Assembly: GCA_041738615.1 (NCBI GenBank)
Contig: JBGSPL010000004.1
Location: 65,203-129,202, forward strand
Reading direction: 5' to 3'
Length of the DNA: 64,000 nucleotides
From: Patescibacteria group bacterium
GTDB lineage: Bacteria > Patescibacteriota > CPR2 > UBA1875 > CAIMLA01
The translations under genes were made by a program, and so were the position numbers. Shown here piece after piece: positions 37,442 through 48,291 of this stretch (the stretch's first letter is position 1; the number at the start of each line of letters is the position of its first letter). Under the pieces are notes generated by a model. That model had not been told where the DNA came from. It made no database searches and saw only the letters and a program-made list of their open reading frames with translations.

Positions 37442-38261
37442 GTCTTTCTATGTGCCTTACCACGGCATCGATGGAAAAATCTGGGGTTGAGGCACCCGCA
37501 GCAATTCCAACCGTGGATACTCCCTGAAACCAAGACTTTTGAATCTCGGTTTCGTTTAGAATATGGTGCGTGGTGACGTTCTTTTCGGCGACTTCACGAA
37601 GCCGTGTAGTATTCGAGGATTCCTTGCCGCCAACGATTATCATCAAATCTACTTCTTTGGACAAATTTTGGACCTCGTTTTGATTATTCTCAGTAGCGCC
37701 ACAGATTGTATTCACAGTCTCAACGTTTGGATATTTGTTACATAGATAAACAGAAATCTCATGAAATTTAGAAGTGCTCTGTGTGGTTTGCGAGATGAAA
37801 AGAATGTTTTTGTCTTTTTCTATCTCGGGGATGTCGGTAATATCATTTACTACGTGGGCAGTAGGAGCATAGCTCACAACGCTCACAATCTCTGGGTGGT
37901 TGGTCTCTCCCAAGATTAATACCTCATAACCACGTTTTGCGTGATCGGCGGCAAGTTTTTGGACCTTCTTTACGAAAGGACAAGTAGCATCTATGATTTC
38001 CAGTTTTTTGGCGAAAAGCTTAGATTCGAGCTCCTTAGTGATACCGTGTGTTCTGGTAATTATCTTATTGGTCACTATTTCCTCAGGCGTGTTGACGACA
38101 GTAATGCCAGAATCTTGCAAAGTGCGGATGTATTCAGGATTATGGATTAGCGGTCCAAATGTTTGGATATTATCGCCCGATTTTGCCTCGGTCATAGTCA
38201 TTTCGGCGGCGCGGCGGACACCAAAACAAAAACCGGCTCCCTTGGCAACGAGTATATTCAT
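37419..38261 (-). CDS. ispH: 4-hydroxy-3-methylbut-2-enyl diphosphate reductase
   Basis: GFCFGVRRA and conserved Cys positions of LytB family. Confidence 0.9.
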   Translation of the reverse strand: MNILVAKGAGFCFGVRRAAEMTMTEAKSGDNIQTFGPLIHNPEYIRTLQDSGITVVNTPEEIVTNKIITRTHGITKELESKLFAKKLEIIDATCPFVKKVQKLAADHAKRGYEVLILGETNHPEIVSVVSYAPTAHVVNDITDIPEIEKDKNILFISQTTQSTSKFHEISVYLCNKYPNVETVNTICGATENNQNEVQNLSKEVDLMIIVGGKESSNTTRLREVAEKNVTTHHILNETEIQKSWFQGVSTVGIAAGASTPDFSIDAVVRHIERLENEVPK

Positions 38262-39304
38262 AGTTTGGCAATCTCTTCGAGGAGTGCAGGTAGAAGCTCG
38301 TTTTCTGGTAGAGTCTTCAGCACGACACCTTTTTTGAAGATTACTCCGGCTCCCTTGCCTCCCGCGACGCCGATGTCTGCCTCCTTGGCTTCACCAGGTC
38401 CATTTACTACGCATCCCATTACGGCTACTGTTACTGGCTTATCGATTTTTTCTAGTTCTTTCTCGACCGCATTGGCAAGTGCAATCAGGTCAATCTCGGT
38501 GCGGCCACAGGTGGGGCACGAGACGAGATTGGCTCCTTTCTCACGCATTCCTAGCGATTTCAGTATTTCCCAGGCAACACGGACCTCCTCTACTGGATTA
38601 GCGGTTAGGGAGATACGAAGAGTATCGCCGATGCCGTCAGCAAGTAATATTCCGATACCGACGGAGCTCTTTATAACGCCTACTTTTGGTGTTCCTGCCT
38701 CGGTAATGCCAAGGTGTAGTGGGTAATCTACTTCTTTTGAGAGTAACCGATAGGCCTCGACCGTACGATTGACGTCGGAGGCCTTAAGTGAAACTACAAT
38801 ATCATGAAAATCATGCTTTTCGAGGAGACGGATGTGATGTAAGGCACTCTCGGCTATCGCTTTTGCGGTTCGGCCGTACTTTTCCTCCAGATGTCTCTCT
38901 AAAGAGCCAATATTTACTCCAATACGTATGGGAACGCCGTGCTTTTTGCAAGCATCAACAACGGCTTTGACCTTCTCCTCAGAACCAATATTCCCTGGAT
39001 TGATACGAATTTTGTCGATTCCCTGTTCGATACACTCAAGGGCAAGTTTGTAATCAAAATGAATATCGGCGACAAGAGGGATATCGATTCCGGCCTTGAT
39101 CTCGCCAATTTTCTTGGCAGCCGCCATGTCGGGAACTGCAACCCGAACAATCTCACAGCCTGCCATTGTGAGCTCTTTGATCTGTTTTATGGTTGCGAAG
39201 GCATCGCGAGTGTCCGTATTTGTCATAGATTGGACAGCTACGGGGTGGTTGCCTCCGATAGTTACGTTTCCGATACGTACTTCTCTAGTTGTTTTTCGTT
39301 TCAT
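38258..39304 (-). CDS. ispG: 4-hydroxy-3-methylbut-2-en-1-yl diphosphate synthase (flavodoxin)
   Basis: VQSMTNT...[10 protein letters not shown] GcpE signature; C-terminal CPTCGR. Confidence 0.9.
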   Translation of the reverse strand: MKRKTTREVRIGNVTIGGNHPVAVQSMTNTDTRDAFATIKQIKELTMAGCEIVRVAVPDMAAAKKIGEIKAGIDIPLVADIHFDYKLALECIEQGIDKIRINPGNIGSEEKVKAVVDACKKHGVPIRIGVNIGSLERHLEEKYGRTAKAIAESALHHIRLLEKHDFHDIVVSLKASDVNRTVEAYRLLSKEVDYPLHLGITEAGTPKVGVIKSSVGIGILLADGIGDTLRISLTANPVEEVRVAWEILKSLGMREKGANLVSCPTCGRTEIDLIALANAVEKELEKIDKPVTVAVMGCVVNGPGEAKEADIGVAGGKGAGVIFKKGVVLKTLPENELLPALLEEIAKL

Positions 39305-39373
39305 ATATAAGAGTCAGCTTGTTAATTTGACTTTCGTATTATACACTAAAATCACGTAAATTAGGAGAGAAAG

Positions 39374-40027
39374 ATGAGCGCAGAAACCCCAGATAGAGGA
39401 AGTGATTACTATAAAAACGTTATGGCTCAAGGGCTAGGAGAGTTGCCGAGACAAGCTAGAGCCGAAAAACCTGATGATTGGAAAGCTGCTGCACAAGAGA
39501 TTAAGATTCCAGAACGTGCAGCAAGAGAAGATACAGCTGAACTGGAAAGCGCTAGAGTAAATTTAGAAGCAGCAGGAATTAGCGCCGGGGCAGTTTCGGA
39601 TAAAGTGATTGCCTCAAGAAGCGCGGAAGAGCATGAAAGCAGCGTACGGCAGAAACAAAGGGATAGGCATCTGAGAAATGCCACAGTCAAGGCGGCTGAC
39701 CAGAAAAGAACTCTCAAGCAACTTGGGGTTGGAGCTTTGGCAACGCTTTCTATCCTGGCAGGTTATTTGGGGGTAAAGAGTAACCATGAAGTGAAACCTC
39801 TTGGAGATTCTCCGATTGGAAACAGCGGAATGACTCAGCCGGACAGAGAAGTTAGCAACGACGAGCTAGCCCAAACGGTGGAAAACAATATGAATCAAGC
39901 TGATGCTCAGGCAAAAGCTGACAGCGAGGTTGCCGCTCAGGAAGCAGCAGCGGTTGCTAAAGGCTTGGAAACCGACGGAACTCAAGTGGGTGAGAGCTCC
40001 GAGGGGTTGGATCCGCAAAGAGACTAA
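39374..40027 (+). CDS. hypothetical low-complexity protein with single central TM helix
   Basis: 217-aa ORF, A/E/Q-rich. Confidence 0.35.
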   Translation: MSAETPDRGSDYYKNVMAQGLGELPRQARAEKPDDWKAAAQEIKIPERAAREDTAELESARVNLEAAGISAGAVSDKVIASRSAEEHESSVRQKQRDRHLRNATVKAADQKRTLKQLGVGALATLSILAGYLGVKSNHEVKPLGDSPIGNSGMTQPDREVSNDELAQTVENNMNQADAQAKADSEVAAQEAAAVAKGLETDGTQVGESSEGLDPQRD

Positions 40028-41325
40028 TCGAGGGCTTCCCCAGATAACTTCCAGCTACTTGTAGATTCGATTTTTACATCAATAAACTGGCCGATCTCGA
40101 GAGGTTGGTCAGTTTTAATTTCTACTACTTTATAACCTGCGGTTCGGCCAAAGTATTTCTTGCCTTTTTGCTCATCGACTAGCACTCTTTGCACTGTTCC
40201 AACAAGCTTCTCGTTATGCGTAAGGACAGAAGCTTTTACAATCTTTTGGAGGGCAGCTTCACGCCCCTTTTTATCTGTTTTTGAAACATTGTCGGGTTGT
40301 TTAGCGCTGACCGTCCCAGAACGGGGCGAGTATTGGGCAATAAAAGCCATGTCATAATCTGCTAGGCGCATTGTTTCTGCAGTATCTTGGAATTGTTCTT
40401 TCGTTTCACCTGGGTATCCTACGATAACGTCAGTCGTCAGGGTGACGTCGGGTAGTGCTTGACGGATTTTTGCTACAAGGGAAAGGTAGTCTTCTTTGGT
40501 ATTATGGCGGTTCATCTTCTGTAGAATTTCATCATTTCCAGATTGAAGAGGTAGGTGAATGTAATGGGGGAAATGTTTTAAGGTGGCCAATGCCAAGATT
40601 AGCTCGTCTGTCATATCTTTTGGGTGATTGGAGTAGAAATAGATGCGGTGTTCACCCGGGATATTATCAAGTCGCTCGAGCAATTCGATAAACTTGTTAT
40701 TTGTTGCTTGTTTTTTGTCGTTTGCTCCATAGGAGTTCACATTTTGACCGACTAAGGTAATCTCCTTATATCCCTTGGTAATCAGTGCCTTTACTTCGTC
40801 ATAAATATCCGTCAGAGGGCGCGATGTCTCTCGGCCTTTAGTATAGGGGACGGCACAGTAGCTACAAAAGTTGTCGCAACCCACGCTGATGGGCACGTAG
40901 GCACGGAAAGTGGATTCATAATGTGGCGCAACTTTAAAGTAATCGACGGAACCTTTCTCTAATTTGTTACCTTCGGAGGTAAAGGTAGAAACGGCGGATA
41001 TTTGTGCAGGGAGATTCTCGATTTCCTTTGTCTCAAGCATAACGTCAAAGACTTTTCCTAGTTTTTTGGCATCTTTCTCGAGGACACAGCCAGTAAGGAC
41101 AGTAATTAGCTGCTCTCCAGTATCTTTTCTGTTTTTGAGGTCTTTTACCTTGCCATAGATACGAAGAATCGCCGATTCGCGGACGGAACAGGAGATAACA
41201 ATAAAGATGTTGGCTTCTGATTCGTCGTAGGTCCTGGTGTGCCCGGTAGCATCAAGAATGGCGGCGATCCTTTCGGAGTCCGAATAATTCATTGCGCAAC
41301 CGAGAATCCAGAAATAGTATTTCAT
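40024..41325 (-). CDS. miaB: radical-SAM methylthiotransferase, MiaB-like (tRNA-i6A37 methylthiotransferase); start at MKYYFW
   Basis: MTTase N-domain, CDNFCSYC radical-SAM motif, TRAM C-domain; next to miaA. Confidence 0.8.
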   Translation of the reverse strand: MKYYFWILGCAMNYSDSERIAAILDATGHTRTYDESEANIFIVISCSVRESAILRIYGKVKDLKNRKDTGEQLITVLTGCVLEKDAKKLGKVFDVMLETKEIENLPAQISAVSTFTSEGNKLEKGSVDYFKVAPHYESTFRAYVPISVGCDNFCSYCAVPYTKGRETSRPLTDIYDEVKALITKGYKEITLVGQNVNSYGANDKKQATNNKFIELLERLDNIPGEHRIYFYSNHPKDMTDELILALATLKHFPHYIHLPLQSGNDEILQKMNRHNTKEDYLSLVAKIRQALPDVTLTTDVIVGYPGETKEQFQDTAETMRLADYDMAFIAQYSPRSGTVSAKQPDNVSKTDKKGREAALQKIVKASVLTHNEKLVGTVQRVLVDEQKGKKYFGRTAGYKVVEIKTDQPLEIGQFIDVKIESTSSWKLSGEALD

Positions 41326-41354
41326 AGAGCGTAATTTTAGCACAAAAGGAGTTT

Positions 41355-42242
41355 TTATCCTAGCTTATCCATGGCAAAGGCCGCTGCACCAAGTAGGCAT
41401 ACTTCATCGTCGTGATTGGTAAAGAGAAGTTTCGTTTGATTCGAGATTCTGGCATCTAAGCCTGCCGTAAATAGTTCTCGGTTAGCAAGGATTACAGGTC
41501 CTCCCAGAACTATGATCTCTGGTTTGTAACGCTCGATGATTGTAAGGAGTGCAAAGCTGTTTGTGGGACCGATCACATTAACTATAAATTCGTGAGCTTC
41601 TGACTCGGTTTGCTCCGCGGCCATAAATATTTCCTGAACGTCCATATGCACAGGGCTTAATTCCTTGGATTCTCTCCATGCGGCATAGAAAGTCGGGATG
41701 TTCAGCCCAGCAGAGAATGATTCCCAGTGATTTTTGCCACCGCAGCCGCAGGCTTGATTAAAATCCGAAGGTATTTCCAAATGTCCAAGTTCGTCTTTTA
41801 CGGTGTAGAAACGGACAATTTCCCCGCCTTTTACTGCACCCACGCCGATACCAGATGAGATAGTGACATAGACTAAGTCCTCTGAATTATTCCCCCTAGC
41901 TTCATAGTAAGCTGCCGCGGTGGCATCATTGATAATGAAGACGTGTTTGGATAGTTCCATGAAATCATTCTCGTGTAAAGAGAGTCGCCTTGAGACATTA
42001 GTCAAAACCACAGAACCATCCTTGTCCACCGGGCCTGCAACGCTAATTGCTACGCTGTCGATTGTGTCTTGTTGGCATAGGTTTTCGGCCATTATTTTGA
42101 TACTCGATATCAGTCCCGAGCGGGGGGTTTCTGATTTAGTAGACCTAATAATGTGCAGCTTACTATCAAATATAGCGAGTCTCGTATTGGTAGCGCCAAT
42201 ATCGATTGCTAGTATTCTACTATTTAAATTTCTTGAGCTCAT
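41355..42242 (-). CDS. ROK-family sugar kinase (glucokinase-like); internal ATG start used
   Basis: LAIDIGATNTRLA, GHLEI...CGCGG..HWE zinc motif. Confidence 0.8.
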   Translation of the reverse strand: MSSRNLNSRILAIDIGATNTRLAIFDSKLHIIRSTKSETPRSGLISSIKIMAENLCQQDTIDSVAISVAGPVDKDGSVVLTNVSRRLSLHENDFMELSKHVFIINDATAAAYYEARGNNSEDLVYVTISSGIGVGAVKGGEIVRFYTVKDELGHLEIPSDFNQACGCGGKNHWESFSAGLNIPTFYAAWRESKELSPVHMDVQEIFMAAEQTESEAHEFIVNVIGPTNSFALLTIIERYKPEIIVLGGPVILANRELFTAGLDARISNQTKLLFTNHDDEVCLLGAAAFAMDKLG

Positions 42243-43353
42243 TTGCGATAGTCTCCACAACTCTTGGGTCAAAAATAGAAGGGATGATGTTGTCTTTTGT
42301 TGGTTCTGCAATTAGTAAAGCGATGGCTTCTGCTACTGTGACCTTGATATCGTTTGTAACGTGTTTGATTTTATTGTCCAGTAGTCCGCGAAAGAGACCG
42401 GGGAAAACCAGCGCATTGTTTAGTTGGTTTGGAAAATCAGAACGCCCGGTGGCGATTACTGCGGCTCCACCCTTGGCAGCTTCTTCTGGTAGGATTTCAG
42501 GGACGGGATTTGCGAGAGCAAAAACGACGGCATTATCATTCATGGTTTTTATGTCTTTTGAGTCAAACTGATTTGGTTGAGAAACGCCAATCAATACATC
42601 GGCACCGACGAGTGAAAGTGCACAGCTCCCTGTCTCACAGCTGTGGTTACTGCGAGCCATGGCCTCCTTTTTGTAGCCGTTGATATCGGTTCTATCGGCG
42701 GAAATAGTGCCTCTGGAGTCGCACATGCAATAGTTTGTAAACCCATAGCTTGCGAGTAGCTCTGCAATGGCGATACCCGCCGCCCCTGCCCCAGAGATTA
42801 CGATTTTTACAGATTTATCTTTGCCTACGACCTTGATAGCATTGATGAGTCCAGCGAGAACAACGATGGCCGTTCCATGTTGGTCGTCATGAAAAACTGG
42901 GATGTCGAGTTCTACTTCTAGTCGGCGTTCGATCTCAAAACACCGCGGAGCGGAGATGTCTTCTAGGTTGATGCCGCCAAATGAGGGCTCCAAGTATTTG
43001 ATAGTTTTGATGATCTCCTCCGTATCCTGAGTGTTCAAGCAGATAGCGGAAGCATCAATTTTTGCAAATTGAGAGAATATGGCTGCTTTCCCCTCCATGA
43101 CGGGCATGGCTGCCTCTGGGCCGATGTTTCCGAGGCCGAGTACGGCAGAGCCATCGGTCACAATCGCCACTCTGTTGCCTCGCCCTGTGAGCTCCCAGCT
43201 CAGGGTCTTGTCTTTGGCAATTGCATCGGAAACTGCGCCTACCCCGGGGGTATAAGCTATCGGTAGTGTGGTTTCGTCTAGTTTGATCTTCGAAGAAACG
43301 TGTGTTTTCCCAATTAGTTCCTTATGAAATTGTATTGGATCTAGTCTATTCAT
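42220..43353 (-). CDS. NAD(P)-dependent malic enzyme
   Basis: Malic enzyme N-terminal and NAD-binding (GAGAAG) motifs. Confidence 0.85.
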   Translation of the reverse strand: MNRLDPIQFHKELIGKTHVSSKIKLDETTLPIAYTPGVGAVSDAIAKDKTLSWELTGRGNRVAIVTDGSAVLGLGNIGPEAAMPVMEGKAAIFSQFAKIDASAICLNTQDTEEIIKTIKYLEPSFGGINLEDISAPRCFEIERRLEVELDIPVFHDDQHGTAIVVLAGLINAIKVVGKDKSVKIVISGAGAAGIAIAELLASYGFTNYCMCDSRGTISADRTDINGYKKEAMARSNHSCETGSCALSLVGADVLIGVSQPNQFDSKDIKTMNDNAVVFALANPVPEILPEEAAKGGAAVIATGRSDFPNQLNNALVFPGLFRGLLDNKIKHVTNDIKVTVAEAIALLIAEPTKDNIIPSIFDPRVVETIANELKKFK

Positions 43354-43415
43354 TCGTGTATTTTACCACCCTTCCTTCCTCTGATACAATTGGTTGGTAA
43401 TAGAAGGAGTCAGAA

Positions 43416-44663
43416 ATGTCAGAGATGAATCCGTACGACCAAGCTCTAGCTCAGCTAGCGGCAGCGGCAGAAATAATGACCATTGACGATAGCGTACTAA
43501 ATATTCTCCGTACTCCCAAGAAGGTGATGCTTGCATCTATACCTGTAAAAATGGACGACCAGACAATCCAGGTTTTCGAAGGTTACCGCGTGCAGCACAA
43601 CGACGCTCGAGGTCCGCACAAGGGCGGGATTCGTTTTCATCCTCATGTAGATTTATCCGAGGTAAAGGCACTGGCTTTTTGGATGAGCATCAAGACCGCA
43701 GTACTTGACGTGCCGTTCGGCGGCGCCAAGGGTGGCGTAACGGTAGATCCAAAAAAACTTTCTAAAGGCGAGATAGAGCGACTTTCTCGTGGCTACGTGA
43801 AGGCATTTTACCCAATTATCGGTCCAAGACAGGATATACCAGCGCCGGATGTTTATACAAATCCACAGATTATGGCCTGGATGATGGACGAATATTCTAC
43901 GATATCAGGGGCACATGAGCCCGGATCGTTCACAGGCAAACCACTTGAGGTGGGAGGATCGATTGATCGTGACACGGCGACTGCTCAGGGGGGAGTTTAT
44001 GTCCTCGAGGAAGCGATAAAACATTATTTACCAAAGAAAAAGCAGTACACGGTAGCAATCCAGGGTTTCGGGAATGCGGGCGCGGTAGCCGCGGAGATAC
44101 TGTTTTACCTAGATGATAAGTACAAGATAGTGGCAGTTTCTGACTCTAAGGGTGGGGTCTACGACGAAAAAGGATTGGATATTCCGTTTGCAATCGCCTA
44201 CAAGAAAGAGAACGGTAGCCTCGCTGAGTATGACAATGCAAAGACAATAACCAATGATGATCTGCTGGCTCTCGATGTCGATATATTGGTTCCAGCCGCC
44301 TTTGAGGATACTATTACTTCGAAGAATGCAGAAAGTGTGAATGCGAAGGTAATTCTAGAGCTCGCCAACGGCCCAGTCACGGCTGCCGCAGAGAAGGTAT
44401 TGCTAGGTAGGGGGTTTACAATTCTTCCAGATATTCTAGCGAATGCCGGAGGAGTTACGGTCAGTTATTTCGAATGGGTACAGAATAACAGCGGGCTATA
44501 TTGGGATTCTGCTGAAGTACAACAACGGCTCTCTGCCAAGATGGCCTCTGCCCTAAACTCAGTAATGGATCTATCAAAAGAGTACGAAACAGATCTCAGG
44601 ACGGCAGCCTACATGCTCGCAGTATCGAGGATCGCAAAAGCCCAGGATTTACGCGGGCTATAG
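43416..44663 (+). CDS. gdhA: Glu/Leu/Phe/Val dehydrogenase family: glutamate dehydrogenase
   Basis: KGGIRFHP...PFGGAKGG signature. Confidence 0.9.
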   Translation: MSEMNPYDQALAQLAAAAEIMTIDDSVLNILRTPKKVMLASIPVKMDDQTIQVFEGYRVQHNDARGPHKGGIRFHPHVDLSEVKALAFWMSIKTAVLDVPFGGAKGGVTVDPKKLSKGEIERLSRGYVKAFYPIIGPRQDIPAPDVYTNPQIMAWMMDEYSTISGAHEPGSFTGKPLEVGGSIDRDTATAQGGVYVLEEAIKHYLPKKKQYTVAIQGFGNAGAVAAEILFYLDDKYKIVAVSDSKGGVYDEKGLDIPFAIAYKKENGSLAEYDNAKTITNDDLLALDVDILVPAAFEDTITSKNAESVNAKVILELANGPVTAAAEKVLLGRGFTILPDILANAGGVTVSYFEWVQNNSGLYWDSAEVQQRLSAKMASALNSVMDLSKEYETDLRTAAYMLAVSRIAKAQDLRGL

Positions 44664-44680
44664 TTTCCGTTAGACGATAA

Positions 44681-44714
44681 ATAAAAAAGCTGACTAGATT
44701 TCGTCAGCTTTTTT
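44681..44714. terminator. bidirectional intrinsic terminator between gdhA and convergent gene
   Basis: aaaaaagctgac-tagatttc-gtcagctttttt. Confidence 0.75.
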
Positions 44715-45059
44715 GATCGCGGTTATTAGTAGTGCTAGCGAAGGCTCTTGATCATATGGTTCTAGGCAGTAGATTCTCTTTTCGAGGGCAGCAGCATACC
44801 CGATCTCTTGCATCATCGATTTGCCGAATTCACCATCGTAGTTGAGTACATAGAGTGCATCAGAATCACTAAGTTCGCGGTAATATTCACGAACGGCCTC
44901 CAAGTATTGGGACTCGTCGATTTCTAGGCCGCTTTTGCCAAACAGACGCATGTCAATGTCGAGTGGAGTGGTACAGTCGTGACCGTTGTTCTCGAGGGTA
45001 GCCTTGGTCTCCGGCCACCGCTCCCAGTGCTTATACTTAGAGCAGATTAGGATTTTCAT
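44694..45059 (-). CDS. small Rossmann-like protein, possibly nucleoside 2-deoxyribosyltransferase-like
   Basis: MKILICS...ALYVLNYDGEFGKSMMQEIGYAAALEKRIY pattern; tentative. Confidence 0.4.
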   Translation of the reverse strand: MKILICSKYKHWERWPETKATLENNGHDCTTPLDIDMRLFGKSGLEIDESQYLEAVREYYRELSDSDALYVLNYDGEFGKSMMQEIGYAAALEKRIYCLEPYDQEPSLALLITAIKKADEI

Positions 45060-46768
45060 GAAGCTAGTTTTTTGACCTCGGCGATGGTCATGAGTCCGAG
45101 GTCACCATCGGCATAGGAGCGCACCGAAAATTTGCCAGATTCTAGCTCTTTGTCTCCGACTACTAGCATAAACGGATGTTTCTGCATTTCTGCATTCCGA
45201 ATTTTCTTCCCTACAGACTCTTTACTCTCGTCGATAGTTACGCGAGCCCCTGCTTCCCTAAGTTCCTTAGCTACCTTGGCGCAGTATTCGACATGTCGGT
45301 CCGCAACAGGCAGCAAGGCTACCTGGAAAGGGGAGAGCCAGGCTGGTAATGCGCCAGCGTAGTTCTCGAGCAGAATCCCCATAAATCTCTCTAGGGAACC
45401 AAATACGGTGCGGTGAATCATTACTGGTCGCTTGCGGTCTCCGTTTTCGTCTACGTATTCAAGATCAAAGCGTTCTGGCATCGAGAAGTCGAGTTGTATA
45501 GTGGCACATTGCCAAGTGCGGCCGATAGCGTCGGTGATATGAAAGTCAAACTTGGGACCATAGAAGGCGCCATCACCAGGGTTTACGACGAAGTCTAGTT
45601 TTAGATCTTTTGCGACCTCTTCCATCACTGACTCGGCGTGCGTCCAGATCTCATCTGAGCCGATGGATTTCTCGGGGCGGGTAGAAAGCTCAACATGGTA
45701 TTTGTCAAATCCCAGCTCTTTGTACATCTTCTCAATTAGTCGGATAACCCCCTCTAATTCATCTTTGGCCTGTGCTTCGGTACAGTAGATGTGGGCATCA
45801 TCCTGAGTAAATGAGCGAACACGGAAGAGGCCATGTAGCGCTCCTGAGAGCTCATGTCTGTGCACGAGTCCTAGTTCGGCATAACGAAGGGGTAGCTCGC
45901 GGTACGAGTGAAGACCAGATTTATAGATTTGGATTCCGCCTGGGCAGTTCATCGGCTTGATAGCATATCCTTGCTCATCAATAGTAGTGAAATACATGTT
46001 GTTTTTGTAGTTGTCCCAGTGACCAGACTGGTGCCAGAGTTCCTCACGAAGGATAATTGGGGTATTAATCTCCTCATATCCAGCATTCTTGTGTTCACTT
46101 TTCCAGTATTCTGTGAGGAGGTTGCGTACCACCATTCCCTTTGGATGCCAAAAGGGGAATCCTGGTCCTTCTTCGTGGAAAGAGAAGAGGTCCAGCTCTG
46201 TACCGAGCCGACGGTGGTCGCGCTTCTTGGCTTCTTCCTGGAGTCTCTCGTAATCTGCAAGCTCTTCAGCGGTATCAAAAGCCAGGCCATAGATGCGTTG
46301 CAGCATCTTGTTCTTCTCGCTGCCTTTCCAGTAAGCACCAGCAATGGAGGTAAGCTTGAATGCCTTACTGTCTAGTTCCTTGGTATTCTCGACGTGAGGA
46401 CCAGCGCAAAGATCTACAAAGCCGTCTACGCGATAGAAAGAAACAGTTTTTTCGCCTTTTGCAGTCAGGTCCTCGATAAGCTCCGCTTTGTATATTTGCT
46501 TTTTCTTTTTGGCTTCTGCCAAAGCATCGGCGACAGGCACCTCTGAGCGCTCAAAACTGTCACCAGACTTGATGAGCTGTTTCATAGCCTTCTGTAGCAG
46601 AGGTAAGTCCTCTGGGATTAGTGTTCTAGGCAATTCGAAATCGTAATAGAAACCATTATCAATCGCTGGGCCTATTGCCAGCTTTGCCTCAGGGAACATC
46701 TCCAGTACGGCAGCTGCTAATATGTGGCCGTAGCTGTGTCTTTTAGTCTCTATACTAGCTTTACTCAT
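45056..46768 (-). CDS. thrS: threonine--tRNA ligase lacking N-terminal TGS domain; start at MSKAS (ATG 46768) overlapping the upstream ORF stop (ATGAGTAA)
   Basis: RHSYGHILAAAV editing-domain start, class II aaRS catalytic motifs, C-terminal anticodon-binding domain. Confidence 0.9.
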   Translation of the reverse strand: MSKASIETKRHSYGHILAAAVLEMFPEAKLAIGPAIDNGFYYDFELPRTLIPEDLPLLQKAMKQLIKSGDSFERSEVPVADALAEAKKKKQIYKAELIEDLTAKGEKTVSFYRVDGFVDLCAGPHVENTKELDSKAFKLTSIAGAYWKGSEKNKMLQRIYGLAFDTAEELADYERLQEEAKKRDHRRLGTELDLFSFHEEGPGFPFWHPKGMVVRNLLTEYWKSEHKNAGYEEINTPIILREELWHQSGHWDNYKNNMYFTTIDEQGYAIKPMNCPGGIQIYKSGLHSYRELPLRYAELGLVHRHELSGALHGLFRVRSFTQDDAHIYCTEAQAKDELEGVIRLIEKMYKELGFDKYHVELSTRPEKSIGSDEIWTHAESVMEEVAKDLKLDFVVNPGDGAFYGPKFDFHITDAIGRTWQCATIQLDFSMPERFDLEYVDENGDRKRPVMIHRTVFGSLERFMGILLENYAGALPAWLSPFQVALLPVADRHVEYCAKVAKELREAGARVTIDESKESVGKKIRNAEMQKHPFMLVVGDKELESGKFSVRSYADGDLGLMTIAEVKKLAS

Positions 46769-47030
46769 TTTTGTCTCCATGATCTGCTCTAATTTCTTTT
46801 ACTTGTTTTTCGGTATACTCTTTATATTTTACCAAACTCGAATCGTCTGTAATGCCTTCTCCCCAGGCCGCGTCACGAACTCTACGCCAGACCTGATCAC
46901 CCACATCTATCTGATGCTCTCCGAGAAGCCTGTCCATGTCGGTAATCTCAGCCTCAAGTTGTTCGAAAAAAGCTCGATTTGCCTTTGTGCGCTCAATCAT
47001 TTCACCTTGGTTTTCGGTTATTTCTCTCAT
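46761..47030 (-). CDS. 89-aa upstream ORF translationally coupled to thrS, unknown function
   Basis: SD aggaga 6 nt upstream; stop TAA overlaps thrS codons 2-3; acidic hydrophilic protein. Confidence 0.45.
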   Translation of the reverse strand: MREITENQGEMIERTKANRAFFEQLEAEITDMDRLLGEHQIDVGDQVWRRVRDAAWGEGITDDSSLVKYKEYTEKQVKEIRADHGDKNE

Positions 47031-47040
47031 CTTCTCTCCT

Positions 47041-47240
47041 TAAATAAAAATACGGCCAAATCTGGCCGTCAAGTCCCGTAATCCAACGGGAGGTTCCACT
47101 CGACTTTCCCCGACGCTTTGGACGGGAACTCTCTTTGGCCCATATCCACCTGGGCTCCTGGGTGAGACTCGGAGGTTGGTGAGGCCTCGTCGCGGTCTAA
47201 ATCTATGAATTGAGTATACTACCCAACGTTGTGGTTTACA
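47041..47240 (-). promoter_or_regulatory. T-box riboswitch leader (Thr; candidate specifier ACC) with antiterminator/terminator switch
   Basis: On minus strand: A1 helix GUCGAG...CUUGAC, 7-nt bulge UGGAACC (T-box core AGUGGAACC; UGGA complements UCCA end of tRNA-Thr in this window), A2 hairpin UCCCG-uuggauua-CGGGA, competing terminator ACGGCCA-gauu-UGGCCGU plus U-tract immediately before SD of downstream ORF; ACC and AGAGAG motifs in stem I region. Confidence 0.7.
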
Positions 47241-47242
47241 AA

Positions 47243-47319
47243 TGGTGGGTGATACAGGGCTCGAACCTGTGACCTCTGCAATGTCAATGCAACGCTCTAG
47301 CCAGCTGAGCTAATCACCC
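47243..47319 (-). tRNA. tRNA-Val (anticodon GAC)
   Basis: Reverse complement: acceptor GGGTGAT/ATCACCC, anticodon loop ttGACat, T-loop GGTTCGAGCCC, CCA encoded. Confidence 0.9.
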
Positions 47320-47330
47320 GCAACCCGAGT

Positions 47331-47359
47331 ATTTTAGCATTTTTTGCTTCAATTTTCAA
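47331..47359 (-). promoter_or_regulatory. promoter for tRNA-Val/T-box/thrS transcript (minus strand TTGAAA-17-TAAAAT)
   Basis: -10 atttta (plus strand) 47331..47336, -35 tttcaa 47354..47359. Confidence 0.5.
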
Positions 47360-47391
47360 CGATTTTACGCTAGAATAGGCTAGTTATTCGC

Positions 47392-47478
47392 GGGGATGTG
47401 GTGAAATTGGTATACACGCTACGTTCAGGTCGTAGTGGGGTCAAACCCGTGGGAGTTCGAGTCTCCCCATCCCCACCA
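47392..47478 (+). tRNA. tRNA-Leu (anticodon CAG), long variable arm
   Basis: Acceptor GGGGATG/CATCCCC, anticodon stem CTACG/CGTAG with loop ttCAGgt, variable arm TGGGGTCAAACCCGT, T-loop GAGTTCGAGTCTC, CCA encoded. Confidence 0.9.
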
Positions 47479-47482
47479 TAAT

Positions 47483-47508
47483 AAAAACCCAACATTTGTT
47501 GGGTTTTT
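47483..47508. terminator. bidirectional intrinsic terminator after tRNA-Leu
   Basis: aaaaacccaaca-tttg-ttgggttttt. Confidence 0.8.
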
Positions 47509-47616
47509 ATTATGGCATTAAATACCGTTGACAAAATCTTTCCACTTTCTCTTTAATTGCTTTATACTACGGTTATAGGGTGTTTAAGGAATCTCAAAAG
47601 GAAGGAGGTGAAAAAA

Positions 47617-48291
47617 ATGCAAGATATCGCACAAGTTACTTCGACTGCTGTCGTTGACTCACTATCCAAAATCGTTAGCTATCTTCCAAACGTCTTAGGC
47701 GCTTTGGTAATACTGCTGATTGGTGTCGTAGTCGGCTGGGCAGTCAAGTTTGTTATTGTAAAGGGTCTTGGGTTCATCAAACTCAAGAAATATACCGACG
47801 CAGTTGGCCTGGGCAACATCTTCACACAGAAGGTAGAATTCGTTACTCTTCTCGGAGATCTCGCTAAATGGACAGTTGTAATCGCTTTCCTTCTGCCAGC
47901 TTTCCAGGTTCTGAACCTAGAGGCTGCAAACGAAATCGTACTTGGTATCCTGTCTTATATCCCCGATGTTATCAAAGCCGTTGTTGCTATCGTAATTGGT
48001 GCTGTAGTTGCTGATCTCGCTTCACGCGTGATTCGTGCTACTGCTGCTACTATCGGTACACATACAGCTGACATCGCTGCCGATGTTGCTCGCTGGGCTA
48101 TCATGGCCTTCGTGCTTCTTGGCGCACTACAACAGCTCAATATCTTACCAGAGCTCGTTAGCACACTTACTATCGGTGTCGTCGCTTTCTTCGTCATCGC
48201 TGGTGGTCTCGCTTTCGGTCTAGGTTCTAAGGATGCTGCAGCTGACGTTGTTGCAAATTTCCGCAAGCGTCTACCAAAAGACAAAAAATAG
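47617..48291 (+). CDS. small-conductance mechanosensitive-channel-like / conserved TM-helix repeat membrane protein
   Basis: Start at ATG 47617 with SD ggaaggaggtg; repeated amphipathic TM helices. Confidence 0.5.
   Translation: MQDIAQVTSTAVVDSLSKIVSYLPNVLGALVILLIGVVVGWAVKFVIVKGLGFIKLKKYTDAVGLGNIFTQKVEFVTLLGDLAKWTVVIAFLLPAFQVLNLEAANEIVLGILSYIPDVIKAVVAIVIGAVVADLASRVIRATAATIGTHTADIAADVARWAIMAFVLLGALQQLNILPELVSTLTIGVVAFFVIAGGLAFGLGSKDAAADVVANFRKRLPKDKK

Noticed and set aside
47041-47240. Possibility that the GC-rich structured segment is SRP RNA, tmRNA or 6S RNA
   Set aside because: It has no SRP helix-8 motif (GGAAGCAGCC-like) and no tRNA-like T-arm/CCA end as tmRNA would have. It does contain a T-box core with UGGA bulge, an A1/A2 antiterminator and an overlapping terminator, so it was called a T-box leader.
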